Shown piece after piece: positions 9,760-19,222 of a DNA stretch of 64,000 nucleotides. Below the pieces are notes generated by a model. The model had not been told where the DNA came from. It saw only the letters and a program-made list of their open reading frames with translations, and searched no databases. Numbering within the stretch: the first letter of the stretch is position 1; the number at the start of each line of letters is the position of its first letter. The position numbers and the translations under genes were made by a program. Source of the DNA: a virus; the IMG/VR virus record IMGVR_UViG_3300046698_000515, positions 9,566-73,565 of that record. The stretch is one strand, 5' to 3'.

Positions 9760-10104
9760 ATGGAAAAAGAAAAGAAGACAACACGGCTTTCCTGTATAAT
9801 CACCGGAAAGACTCTTCTTGCTGCTGCAGAGTATTATCAAAAAAAAGTCGCTCGCGCTGGTAGTGAAGAAATGCTTCATAAAACGTACGTTTGTAAAGAA
9901 GCAAAAGATTTATTGTTTCGTGGGCATACTGTTGATGAAATTCGTAAGTTGTTAGGTAGTCAAATAACTATCTCAATTTCTGATGAAGTTATTAATCTTA
10001 TTATCAATCAAAAAATGAAAAATCGAATTTTGTCAAAACCTCAGATTCCTGTTCATTATGAAACGGATAAAGATGTTGTCAAATTTCTCAATACTTTGAA
10101 ATAA
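9760..10104 (+). CDS. CIITGK-family protein
   Basis: Paralog of 8924. Confidence 0.7.
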   Translation: MEKEKKTTRLSCIITGKTLLAAAEYYQKKVARAGSEEMLHKTYVCKEAKDLLFRGHTVDEIRKLLGSQITISISDEVINLIINQKMKNRILSKPQIPVHYETDKDVVKFLNTLK

Positions 10105-10129
10105 TACCCCCCCCCAATACAATAAATAC

Positions 10130-10600
10130 TTGTATAGTATGGAAAATCAGGGAAGTTGTACAACTCACAATAATTATGATAAATGTAAAGAAATTTTTTC
10201 TTCACATATAGATATGCTTAGTAACTCTGTTGATTTAAAACTTCAAGCATCTGATGTAGCAAACACTTTAAAACTGACAGCACTTGAAACTTTAATAAAC
10301 ATTAAAACTAAAAATTATGAAGATAATGCTGTACAGGCAGGAATAGCACTCGAAAAACGTTTAGAAATAATGAACAAATTTAGAGAAGCAATGAAAGATC
10401 AGTCAGTTACTTATATTCCTCGTAATGAATTTGTTCTTTTACATGATCGAGTTTTAGAAGATATACGAATACTTCGTGAATCTAAAGCTACATTAGAAGG
10501 TAAAGCATCCACTAATTCTGTTGTTGGTGTTTATATTATTAGTATAATAGGCTTATTAGTTGCTGCACTTGATATTCTTTTACGTATATACGGGAAATAA
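10130..10600 (+). CDS. coiled protein with C-terminal TM
   Basis: C-terminal hydrophobic helix; AATAAATA upstream. Confidence 0.65.
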   Translation: MYSMENQGSCTTHNNYDKCKEIFSSHIDMLSNSVDLKLQASDVANTLKLTALETLINIKTKNYEDNAVQAGIALEKRLEIMNKFREAMKDQSVTYIPRNEFVLLHDRVLEDIRILRESKATLEGKASTNSVVGVYIISIIGLLVAALDILLRIYGK

Positions 10601-10972
10601 ATGATTACACTTGATGCTATTACAACCTATTTATTAAATCCCTATACAGGAACAATTCTGTTTGTTATTGCGTTAGGCTACTTAGTTCGTGCAATGCCAT
10701 TTATTACTAACAAATGGATTCCGTTTTTGGGTATTAGTTTCGGAAGTTTGTTCTTTTTAATTATTGCACCTATAACAATAAAACCAGACCCAGAACATTC
10801 TTGGAATTGGTATGTAATGATCTGGGGTATTGGTTTAATTCTATCTGCTTTCGCATGGTTGATTCATCTAATTGTAATTTCACGATTAGAAGATTATGTT
10901 CGTACAAAAATTCCTGCTGTAGATGTATGGTTTAGAAAGACTAGTGATTCATCATCTAAATCATCTTCTTAA
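10601..10972 (+). CDS. 3-TM membrane protein, holin-like
   Basis: Three TM segments, NKWIP motif. Confidence 0.55.
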   Translation: MITLDAITTYLLNPYTGTILFVIALGYLVRAMPFITNKWIPFLGISFGSLFFLIIAPITIKPDPEHSWNWYVMIWGIGLILSAFAWLIHLIVISRLEDYVRTKIPAVDVWFRKTSDSSSKSSS

Positions 10973-11028
10973 TTATTTGTCAAAAGTAACACACTTGATA
11001 CCTAAAAATTCTATGTTATTATGATCAC

Positions 11029-11553
11029 ATGGAAATGGTAAAAATAGAACTATGTGAAGTGCCTGTTGCAATTGATAATTATCAGGCATATGATGAAAGA
11101 CAGCTGCCAAAAATTCTCCTTGGATTTCAAATAAAAAATAAATTTGATGAAAATCGGCTTCAAATTAAACCTGAATATAATCCTAAACGTATAGTTCATT
11201 TTCGTAAATTTATTGAACTTGAACCAGTTTTCTTCTATGGTATAGAAATTGATGTTAAACAATATTATAAAGGATTTTTTAATTCACTAATAGGAATTAA
11301 TTCTATTGAACTGTATCAGCATCAATTAAAACAAGTTGAACTTAGTTGTGATGATTGTTACCATTATTGTTGTGATGGAATATATCCAATAGATTTAAAA
11401 CATCTTTCGAAAATAATAAACAACATTAGAAATTTTCCTATAAATGATCTCCCAAGCATGTTAGAAATAACAAAAGAGCAATGGTATCTCAATATTGGTG
11501 CTTTTGGTATTTATGTTCTTAGAACTTGCAAAACATATAATAACAAAATTTAG
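11029..11553 (+). CDS. hypothetical protein
   Basis: 174-aa ORF after promoter-like sequence. Confidence 0.65.
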   Translation: MEMVKIELCEVPVAIDNYQAYDERQLPKILLGFQIKNKFDENRLQIKPEYNPKRIVHFRKFIELEPVFFYGIEIDVKQYYKGFFNSLIGINSIELYQHQLKQVELSCDDCYHYCCDGIYPIDLKHLSKIINNIRNFPINDLPSMLEITKEQWYLNIGAFGIYVLRTCKTYNNKI

Positions 11554-11603
11554 TTGTAAAATAGTTTTTGTTTTGAAAATTTGTATTAAATATTTTTCTT
11601 AAT

Positions 11604-13463
11604 ATGATAAAAACAGAAACAATCCCTGTTGATTTTTCGCAAGAAATTTCAGATTTTGTATTCCATAGTAAATATGCTCGGTACAATGAAACTTACAATA
11701 GAAGAGAAACTTGGGATGAATGTGTAAATCGAGTAACTCGAATGCATCTCGTAAAATATAAATTTTTACCTCAGGAAGATTTAGATAAAGTAAAATGGGC
11801 ATTTCAATTAGTAAAAGAGAAAAAGGTTGTCCCATCGATGAGGAGCATGCAGTTTGGTGGTAAAGCTGTCGATGTTAAAAATGAAAGGCTTTATAATTGT
11901 TCTGTTCGAAATGTTGATAGTATTCGTTCGTTTGCTGAAATCTTTTTTATGCTTCTTTGTGGAAATGGTGTGGGGATGAATGTTACAGAACAATTTATTA
12001 ATCGGCTCCCTCTTTTGGTTGATGCATCTGATAAGACCGGAACAGTTACAACATATAGTGTGCAAGATAATATTGAAGGTTGGGCTGATAGTGTTGAAGC
12101 ATTACTTTTATGTTATTTTCGAAATACAGCTTATACAGGTAGAAAGATAATTTTTGACTACAGTAAGGTGAGACCAGAAGGTGCACCTGTTAAAACAGGT
12201 GGCGGAAAAGCTCCAGGATATAAAGGATTAAAACGTTCACATAAGAAAATAAAAGAACTTTTAGATCATATAATTGAGGAAGAAGGACAAACACGACTTA
12301 AACCTATTAACGCATATGATATCATAATGCATATGGCAGATGCCACACTTTCCGGAGGTATTAGGCGAAGTGCTTGTAGTATTGTTTTTAATAAACAGGA
12401 TCAGGAAATGATGACTGCTAAAACATTTTCTGAAGTTGTAAAACACACTAAGTTTGTTTTTGATGATGATACTAAAAAATGGAACGGTAAAATTACATTA
12501 AAAAATAAAAAACGATATGAAGTTGAATTAACTGATTTTGAATATAATGATAAAACTAACAAAAATAACTTATTAGATTATAACAGAATTTGCTGGATAC
12601 ATGTCAATCCACAAAGGGCTCGAAGTAATAATAGTGTTCTTCTTTTACGTAGTGAAGCTAAAAAAGAAGATATTGAAGAGATTGTAAATAATGCAAGAAT
12701 TTATGGTGAACCTGGGGTAGCTTTTTGTAATGATTTGCGACAAAATTTTAACCCTTGTTTCGAAATAAATTTTTTGCCGATAACTTCTGATGGTGTATGT
12801 GGAGCTCAGTTTTGCAATTTATCAAGTATAAATGGAGCAAAAATAACATCACAAAAAGATTTTTTACAAGCAACTGAAGCAGCAACTATTATAGGAACTT
12901 TGCAAGCTGGTTATACAGATTTTAAATATTTAAGTCAAGCGGCAAAACAATTAACTGAAGAAGAAGCATTGCTTGGTGTTTCATTAACAGGATGGATGGA
13001 TAGTCCGGATATTTTATTAAAGCCAGAAAATCAAAAAGAATCTGCTCAGCATGCCATTAAAACAAATGTTAAATGGGCTAAAAAAATTGGAATTAACCCT
13101 GCTGCACGTATTACATGTGTAAAACCAGAGGGTTGCCTTGTTCCTGAGACAAAAATTAAAACATCATGCGGAAATTTAACTTTAAAAGAAATTTTTGAGA
13201 TTAATGATTATGATTTTGAACAAGTATTAAAGTATAAAGATACCTTTTTACCTGTGAATGAGAAGATATTTATTTATAATAAAAATAATGACTTAGAATT
13301 AATAACTCAATTATATATTAATGGAAATTCTGAAACAATTAACATTGAACTTGAAGACGGTTCTAATATCTGCTGTACAAAGGATCATCAATTTTTAACA
13401 CAAAGAGGGTGGGTTAAAGCAAGTGATTTAACAAATCAAGATGATATAAAACAAGGTAATTAG
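11604..13463 (+). CDS. nrdJ: class II (B12) ribonucleotide reductase, N part, plus split intein N (13134-13460)
   Basis: RRETW, PSMR, YNC, SGGIRRSA, RARSNNS, GEPG, NPCFEI, CNL; ends CVKPEG|CLVPET...CTKDHQFLTQRGWVKA. Confidence 0.92.
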   Translation: MIKTETIPVDFSQEISDFVFHSKYARYNETYNRRETWDECVNRVTRMHLVKYKFLPQEDLDKVKWAFQLVKEKKVVPSMRSMQFGGKAVDVKNERLYNCSVRNVDSIRSFAEIFFMLLCGNGVGMNVTEQFINRLPLLVDASDKTGTVTTYSVQDNIEGWADSVEALLLCYFRNTAYTGRKIIFDYSKVRPEGAPVKTGGGKAPGYKGLKRSHKKIKELLDHIIEEEGQTRLKPINAYDIIMHMADATLSGGIRRSACSIVFNKQDQEMMTAKTFSEVVKHTKFVFDDDTKKWNGKITLKNKKRYEVELTDFEYNDKTNKNNLLDYNRICWIHVNPQRARSNNSVLLLRSEAKKEDIEEIVNNARIYGEPGVAFCNDLRQNFNPCFEINFLPITSDGVCGAQFCNLSSINGAKITSQKDFLQATEAATIIGTLQAGYTDFKYLSQAAKQLTEEEALLGVSLTGWMDSPDILLKPENQKESAQHAIKTNVKWAKKIGINPAARITCVKPEGCLVPETKIKTSCGNLTLKEIFEINDYDFEQVLKYKDTFLPVNEKIFIYNKNNDLELITQLYINGNSETINIELEDGSNICCTKDHQFLTQRGWVKASDLTNQDDIKQGN

Positions 13464-13513
13464 TTGTTACATGCTGGAAACCTACAATAAATAATATAAG
13501 TAATTGCGGGCTT

Positions 13514-14707
13514 ATGAAATATTATAATTACTTCCAATGGATACGAACACGTAAATATCATTTATTAAAATTAATCCTTAAAATTTGTCATGGTAATAAA
13601 GCATTAACACAATTAAGAAAATTAACACATACTAAGAAATATTATATTTTTAGATATGGTGAAAAGTTAGGAACAGAACGGTATGATGAAACGTTAAGAA
13701 TAACAAAATTAAAAGGAACAAAACAGTTTTATATTGAAAAATATGGTGAAGATATTGGAATAAAAAAATATCTAGAGAAAAATAAAAAATTAAGTGTTAG
13801 TTATAAAGCTTTAAAAAATAATGGTCATACAGATGAAGAAATAAAACAAATACGTAAAAAACATGCTGATGGATCCAAACACACAAGAGAAACATATATT
13901 AAAAAATATGGTGAGAAGGAAGGGCAAGAAAAATATAAAATATGGATGACACAACAGCGGGTAAGCGTTCGCTCTGTAAAAGAATTAATTGAGAGAAAGG
14001 GGTTAACAAAAGAGCAAGCAGAAATATATGTTAGTAAGTTACAAACGAGAGATTTAAATTTCTTTATTAAGAAATATGGTATAGAAATAGGTACATTAAA
14101 ATTTCAACATTGCTGTAATGAGCGTAGATATAAAAATTCGTTACAGTTTTATAAAGAAAAATATGGGACAGAGGAAGGTACACGAAAATATAAAGATAGG
14201 ATAAAAAGACAAACCTCACACCATTCCTTTGAAAGTTTTATTAAAAGATTTGGTGAAAAAGAAGGTATTATTAAATTTAAAGATTTACAAAAAAGAAAAG
14301 CAGAAACACGAATGAGACAATTATCATGTGGATCAAAAAAACAATTAAATTTCTCAAGGTTACTATATGATAAATTACCACTAGATTTAAAAACACAATA
14401 TATTGGAACCCCTGTTACAAAAAGCAGAGCTATATTCTTTGAAAAGAATGAATGTAGATTAAAATTTTGTGTACCTGATATATTAATTGGTAAATTAATA
14501 ATAGAATTTGACGGTACATATTGGCATAATAATAGCTTAGAGGTAATGGAGCGTGATACATTTAAAACAATTTTACTTGTACAAAAAGGATATACCTTAA
14601 TTAGAGTAAAGGAAAAAGATTATGATAATAATCAAGAGCAATGTATTATAAATACTCTTAATCAAATTTTATATTATGAAAATCAAAAAAGTAACAAAGG
14701 AGAATAA
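13514..14707 (+). mobile_element. free-standing homing endonuclease (KYG-repeat arm plus Vsr/DUF559-like nuclease)
   Basis: Repeated KYGEEEG-like units; PDI..IIEFDGTYWH...D; sits between the nrdJ halves. Confidence 0.8.
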
Positions 14708-15389
14708 CAAATTTACGGTAGATATTGAAATTGCAGATTCACATACATATCAATTAGCAAATGGTTGTATTAGTCATAATACCTCCAGCCTTATTTTAGG
14801 CTCTGCTTCAGGCATCCATCCTCACCATGCACGAAAATATTTTAGACGGATTCAATGTAATAAACACGAGGCAGTATATCAACACTTTAAAGAAAATAAT
14901 CCTCATACATGTGAACCAAGTATATGGAGTGCTAACAAGACAGATGACGTTGTAACTTTTCCAATTACTGTTTCTGATAAAGCAATTATTAAGAGCGATT
15001 TATCTGCAATTAAACATCTTGAAATAATTAAATCAACACAACAAAATTGGGTAATACCAGGAACTAATACTGAAGTAAATAAAAAACCATTATATCATAA
15101 TATTAGTGCGACTGTTTTAATAAAAGATGATGAATGGAATGATGTAATAAATTATCTTTATGAAAATAGAGAATTTTTTACCGCTGTTTCTCTTTTGCCA
15201 GCAATAGGTGATAAGCTTTATAAGCAAGCTCCCTTAGAAGCTGTTAGTACACCTGAAGACGAAGAAAAGTGGAAGCAAATAGTCACTAATTATAAATCTG
15301 TTAATTATAAAGAATTAAAAGAAGATGAAGATGAAACTGAATTAATGGCTGCTGCTGCCTGTGCTGGTGGAGCCTGCGAAGTAATTTAG
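14676..15389 (+). CDS. nrdJ: split intein C (14676-14780) plus RNR C part
   Basis: MKIKKV..VDIEI..HTY.LANGCISHN|TSSLILGSASGIHP; HNISAT; C-terminal ACAGGACEV. Confidence 0.92.
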   Translation: MKIKKVTKENNKFTVDIEIADSHTYQLANGCISHNTSSLILGSASGIHPHHARKYFRRIQCNKHEAVYQHFKENNPHTCEPSIWSANKTDDVVTFPITVSDKAIIKSDLSAIKHLEIIKSTQQNWVIPGTNTEVNKKPLYHNISATVLIKDDEWNDVINYLYENREFFTAVSLLPAIGDKLYKQAPLEAVSTPEDEEKWKQIVTNYKSVNYKELKEDEDETELMAAAACAGGACEVI

Positions 15390-15426
15390 TATTGATTTAT
15401 AATAACAAAGTTGTTATTATATATTC

Positions 15427-15729
15427 ATGTTTGATAGTAATAAACCAAATTGTTTTGAATGTAAATGGTATCGTCCTTTACCTTATGATGCACATATAGA
15501 ATGTGTTCATCCAAAAATTGATGTTTCTGATAAGTTTCTCACTCCTTTAATGATGATGAGTGGATTAGTTTCTCCAGCTGAAAAACGTCTTAATGTTTAT
15601 GGTGATTCACATGGAATAAAAATGGGTTGGTTTATGTGGCCTCTAAATTTTAATCCTACTTGGTTATTAACTTGTGATGGATTTGAAAGAAAGGAGGTTA
15701 AACAAACAAATGAAGAAACAAAAGTATAA
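15427..15729 (+). CDS. Cys-rich phage protein
   Basis: CFECKW..HIEC..GWFMWPLNFNPTWL..CDGF. Confidence 0.7.
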   Translation: MFDSNKPNCFECKWYRPLPYDAHIECVHPKIDVSDKFLTPLMMMSGLVSPAEKRLNVYGDSHGIKMGWFMWPLNFNPTWLLTCDGFERKEVKQTNEETKV

Positions 15730-15790
15730 TCGAAACAGTTCGAATACTATTAATGGAAATGCAATCAGTCTCGCTGTTAGTCCTACAAAC

Positions 15791-15880
15791 GCAACGAACA
15801 CAACGAACGACTCCACACGTGCAACAAAGTAAGCTATAAGCCGAAAAGTAATCGCAACGAGTCAACGAACGTAACGAACG
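15791..15880. repeat. five AACGA(A/G) short direct repeats in a T-poor tract
   Basis: AACGA at 15793, 15802, 15856, 15864, 15873. Confidence 0.6.
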
Positions 15881-15975
15881 CAAAACAGATGGCAGTTAGC
15901 CGAGCAGTAAGTCAAAAGAAGTTAATAGAATTAGAAATAACCTGAACACGGCAGGAATTCCGTGTAAACAATTTT

Positions 15976-16338
15976 ATGGATGAAATTAAAAAACTTTTAG
16001 AAGAAATAAAACAAAATATTTTAATTGCAGAATTTTGTGAGGGTAAATTCACAAAGGGAGAAGATGTTGGTGAATATGATAGATGGATTTTTGATAATGA
16101 AATTTTATATCGGTTATGTTATGGTCCTAATCCTCCAGATTTTTTGAATGATAAAAATGCAATAAATGAAGCTAAAAAATTCTTATCTGAAGAACAATTG
16201 TTAGATTTTATTCGATATTTATTAAGTGATGTTCTTAGAGTAGATCATCTTTCAATGTTTTCAAAAATGATTGCTGTTTCTCTTGCTACTGCAAATGAAG
16301 AAGCTGAAGCTTTTTTAAGAACGATTGAGAAGTATTAA
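15976..16338 (+). CDS. hypothetical phage protein
   Basis: PDFLNDKNAINEA..ATANEEAEAFLRT. Confidence 0.7.
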   Translation: MDEIKKLLEEIKQNILIAEFCEGKFTKGEDVGEYDRWIFDNEILYRLCYGPNPPDFLNDKNAINEAKKFLSEEQLLDFIRYLLSDVLRVDHLSMFSKMIAVSLATANEEAEAFLRTIEKY

Positions 16339-16340
16339 AT

Positions 16341-16865
16341 ACGATAACTAAAATAGTATCCGGAGCACAAACGGGTGCAGACAGAGCAGCTCTTGATTTT
16401 GCTATTCAAAATAATATTCTGCATGGGGGTTGGTGTCCTAGAGGACGAATAGCAGAAGATGGTCCTATTCTTTTAAAATATAATTTAGTTGAAACAAAAT
16501 CAGACAAGTATCCTCCTCGAACAGAATTAAATATTACAGGGTCAGATGCCACAATAATTTTTAATCATAAAGGACCTTTAGAGCGCGGATGTATATTGAC
16601 GTATAATTTATGTTTGAAGCACGAGAAGCCGTGCTTAGTACTTGAGAAAAATGTATTAAAAACAGAGCTTAATGCACGAGCAATTGAAAGTTTTATATCA
16701 ATTGAAAGTGCTATTCATCGTAAGGATATTGAGATATTAAACATAGCAGGCAACCGTGAAAGCAAGTCTCCTGGAATGTACGCTTATGTTTTACAAGTTT
16801 TAGAATTAGTTTCAAAAAAATATTTTCAATCTCTAGAAAATATAGTAACAACTCTCAATAAATAA
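16341..16865 (+). CDS. SLOG / putative molybdenum-carrier family protein (no ATG; ACG/ATA at start)
   Basis: KIVSGAQTGADRAALD..HGGWCPRGR.AEDG..RTELN..SDAT..LNIAGNRES, in frame with track ORF 16596. Confidence 0.8.
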   Translation, partial: TITKIVSGAQTGADRAALDFAIQNNILHGGWCPRGRIAEDGPILLKYNLVETKSDKYPPRTELNITGSDATIIFNHKGPLERGCILTYNLCLKHEKPCLVLEKNVLKTELNARAIESFISIESAIHRKDIEILNIAGNRESKSPGMYAYVLQVLELVSKKYFQSLENIVTTLNK

Positions 16866-16937
16866 AAATTGAAGAGAGGTGACCGTATTTATACCGCGGT
16901 TAAATGCTTCAGGTACAGAAACCAGCCAAACTCTTCA

Positions 16938-17207
16938 TTAATATTCTTTCCGATATCCTTGCTTCCATATAACATTAGTAAGTTCACCTGCTATTCCATT
17001 AATTCGAGATTCAGTCCAACCAGGACATATTTTATGGAACATTTCATGAATAAGAGTATTTAGAAAGGATTTTTGATTTTGTTTTGGACTAATAATAATT
17101 GTATTTGCTTGAATATCTTTAATTTTTGCTGGGTAAAAAAGTCCAAGATTATTATCTTTATCAATTTTCTTAACTATAACTTTAACTGGTATAACTCTTT
17201 TAGTCAT
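16938..17207 (-). CDS. small HExxH metallopeptidase-like protein
   Basis: LNTLIHEMFH. Confidence 0.6.
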   Translation of the reverse strand: MTKRVIPVKVIVKKIDKDNNLGLFYPAKIKDIQANTIIISPKQNQKSFLNTLIHEMFHKICPGWTESRINGIAGELTNVIWKQGYRKEY

Positions 17208-17454
17208 AGAACTACTTACTGCTTGATAAATAATATTGCAAGGTATATAATATATAAATGAGTTACGAAAGATTCAGTGAATTGTGGGATGCTTTGATTA
17301 CAAATCGACCTGGAGTTGGTCCAGTTACGATGGTAATGACAAAGGAAACAAAGGATGCATTAGTTGATTATGCTAACGGAAACACAGCAAAAATTGATGC
17401 TGTTAGAAATTTCCTCTCAAAACAACCAAGTTGAGAATAAATATAAGAAAATAG

Positions 17455-17483
17455 TTGCAATTTACATTAGTCTATGATAAATT
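17455..17483 (+). promoter_or_regulatory. promoter at head of RNA island
   Basis: TTGCAA-17-TAAATT with extended TG. Confidence 0.55.
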
Positions 17484-17504
17484 GTTCGTGTTAAAAGAAA
17501 TTAA

Positions 17505-17633
17505 ATGAAAACGTCGGTTATATTAGGTAGAACAGAGCTCGATAAGGGGATATGCCCCAAATCAGCCGCTTCTCCCTCTATTGAACGTTTGCATCAAGAT
17601 TTTAGTTATAATCAGTGGAGGTATGCAGGGTAA
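17505..17633 (+). CDS. putative 42-aa attenuator leader peptide
   Basis: MKTSVILG...NQWRYAG*; its end GCAGGGT is complementary to the terminator 5' arm. Confidence 0.5.
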   Translation: MKTSVILGRTELDKGICPKSAASPSIERLHQDFSYNQWRYAG

Positions 17634-17651
17634 GTAATTTTTAGACTTTTT

Positions 17652-17687
17652 AAAACCCTGCTGAAGAAAAAGTCAGCAGGGTTTTTT
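17652..17687 (+). terminator. intrinsic terminator
   Basis: AAAACCCTGCTGA-loop-TCAGCAGGGTTTTTT. Confidence 0.85.
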
Positions 17688-17690
17688 GTT

Positions 17691-18164
17691 ATGTGTCTAA
17701 GCGAAGAAGAAATAAAGAAGGTTTTGTCAAAACCAGCAAAACCAATAGAAAATTTTGGTAAAGAACGTATAAAGAGAACTAAAAAAGAAAGATATGAGAA
17801 AAAGAAGAGAATACAGAAAAGAAGATGGAATGAACAATATGATAGTTTTATCCTCTTAAGAGAATGGCAAAAACATGGATATAATGTAGGTAGTAACGCT
17901 CCGCCACAAATAAATGACAAGAGGAGATATTACAGAGAAGAATATTTAAAATCAGATCATTGGAAAGAATTAAGAAAAAGAAAATTAAAGCAGAGCCCAA
18001 TTTGTGAAAAATGTGGTTCAAATGGATATGTAGAACCACATCATCTACAATATAAAAATTTGTATGATGTAAAATTAAAGGATTTAATGACGCTTTGTAG
18101 AAAGTGTCATGTTGAGGAACATAAAAATTTAAAGTTAATAGTTTTAGTTAGTGTAGAAAGGTAG
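17691..18164 (+). CDS. HNH endonuclease
   Basis: YLKSDHW..LR..CEKCG..EPHH..Y..LMTLCRKCH. Confidence 0.8.
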   Translation: MCLSEEEIKKVLSKPAKPIENFGKERIKRTKKERYEKKKRIQKRRWNEQYDSFILLREWQKHGYNVGSNAPPQINDKRRYYREEYLKSDHWKELRKRKLKQSPICEKCGSNGYVEPHHLQYKNLYDVKLKDLMTLCRKCHVEEHKNLKLIVLVSVER

Positions 18165-18169
18165 ATGAA

Positions 18170-18385
18170 ATTCTACAATTACAATCAGCTATTTATATGG
18201 TGACATATAGAAATGCGACGATTGGGATGCAGGTGTGTCTTGGTAGAGGCATAGTAGATACGAGCGTCGATGCTCAGGAAGGATTCTACAGAGCCGATGG
18301 CTAAATAATCTCAAGTGAGATGCGTGTTTAGACATCACCAACCTAGGTCGTCGGGATGTGGGACCGTAATGCTCACGAGATTAAT
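18170..18385 (+). ncRNA. unassigned structured RNA
   Basis: CGACGA/TCGTCG and GGTGTGTCT/AGACATCACC long-range pairs; hairpins TATATG-GTGA-CATATA, GAGCG-TCGA-TGCTC, ATCTC-AAGT-GAGAT. Confidence 0.5.
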
Positions 18386-18395
18386 ATGATTTTTT

Positions 18396-18469
18396 GCAGC
18401 ATTAATTTAGTGGTAAAATTTCTAACTACCAATTAGAGTTCATCAGTCCAATTCTGATATGCTGCTCCA
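18396..18469 (+). tRNA. tRNA-Gly(ACC)
   Basis: GCAGCAT/ATGCTGC acceptor, TCTAA-CT ACC AA-TTAGA, TCCA end. Confidence 0.75.
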
Positions 18470-18559
18470 ATTTTAAATAGAGCTTGATTTTTAATATAAA
18501 GCCTATATAATGTATTTGTAATTAAGATTTACTTACGTTTAGTTTTGTCAAAGATGAAA

Positions 18560-18720
18560 TGTAAGTGAAACAGAACCGCGCAATGCGGTTGAGGGGTGGG
18601 AAACAGAGAGGCGCAGAAGGAAAGCGGAGAGGTAGGAGAGGAAAGTAAGTGGTTTGCGGCTTAGGTCGTTTGTTGTTTACCAGACTCGAGGAAAAGTCCT
18701 CGCCAAGAAAAAGCCGCGTT
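18560..18720 (+). ncRNA. purine/GGA-rich structured RNA
   Basis: Stems AACCGC/GCGGTT, GCGGCTT/AAGCCGC, CGAGGA/TCCTCG; upstream TTGATT-16-TATAAT. Confidence 0.45.
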
Positions 18721-18727
18721 AATTTAT

Positions 18728-18821
18728 TCCAGTATTAGACCATTAAGGAGATAGGACAGCCTGTAGAGCTGCCGTGCTTTGTGCACCAGGGGGGGGTTCG
18801 ATATTCCCTCATGCGGGACCA
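18728..18821 (+). tRNA. tRNA-Tyr(GTA), divergent
   Basis: CAGC-CT GTA GA-GCTG, long variable arm, GTTCG, ACCA. Confidence 0.6.
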
Positions 18822-18975
18822 TTTTGTGTTATTGATTGAGTGTTCATCAAATCAGTTACCTTGACAGGTGTTAACGGTTCAATTCCCTAGCTGCTGGTGC
18901 AGGTTAATGTCTGTCAGAAATTTTTAGAGTTGCTTTTAATCTTAAAAGAAGCTATATTATATTTGTTCTTTGAAT

Positions 18976-19222
18976 TTCTCAGCAGCATTAGTGCTGGTGA
19001 GGTTGAGCCTGGAGACGAAAGCATCGTTGATGTAACTCTAAGTTTGCTGGTTGGTAAGTTTTCAAAGGTACATCAGGTTGTAACATTAGATAAAAGATGA
19101 AAATACCAGCTAAGTACTTGACGTAACGTCAAGCTTGACGTTTAGGTCGCGTTCAATGCGACCTGTTCGGTTAAGGGTAGGACAAAGGTGCACATAAAAC
19201 CTACCAATACCTGCAATTTTGA
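18976..19222 (+). ncRNA. unassigned structured RNA
   Basis: Hairpins CTTGACG-TAA-CGTCAAG, AGGTCGCG..TGCGACCT, GGTAGG/CCTACC, GCTGGT/ACCAGC; preceded by boxA-like TGTTCTTTGAA. Confidence 0.5.

Noticed and set aside
13464-14675. Group I intron interrupting nrdJ
   Set aside because: No room or core motifs for an intron; both flanks carry intein halves with their own stop and start
18177-18190. AATTACAATCAGCT match to an LRR repeat as a DGR template
   Set aside because: Only 14 nt, flanks do not align; plausible by chance in AT-rich DNA
18645-18700. GAGGAAAGT motifs as a second RNase P RNA
   Set aside because: No downstream ACAGAA plus P4 complement and no P1/P2 pairing
18826-18905. tRNA-Val(GAC)
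   Set aside because: Anticodon-like hairpin and GGTTCAATTCC present but no convincing acceptor stem
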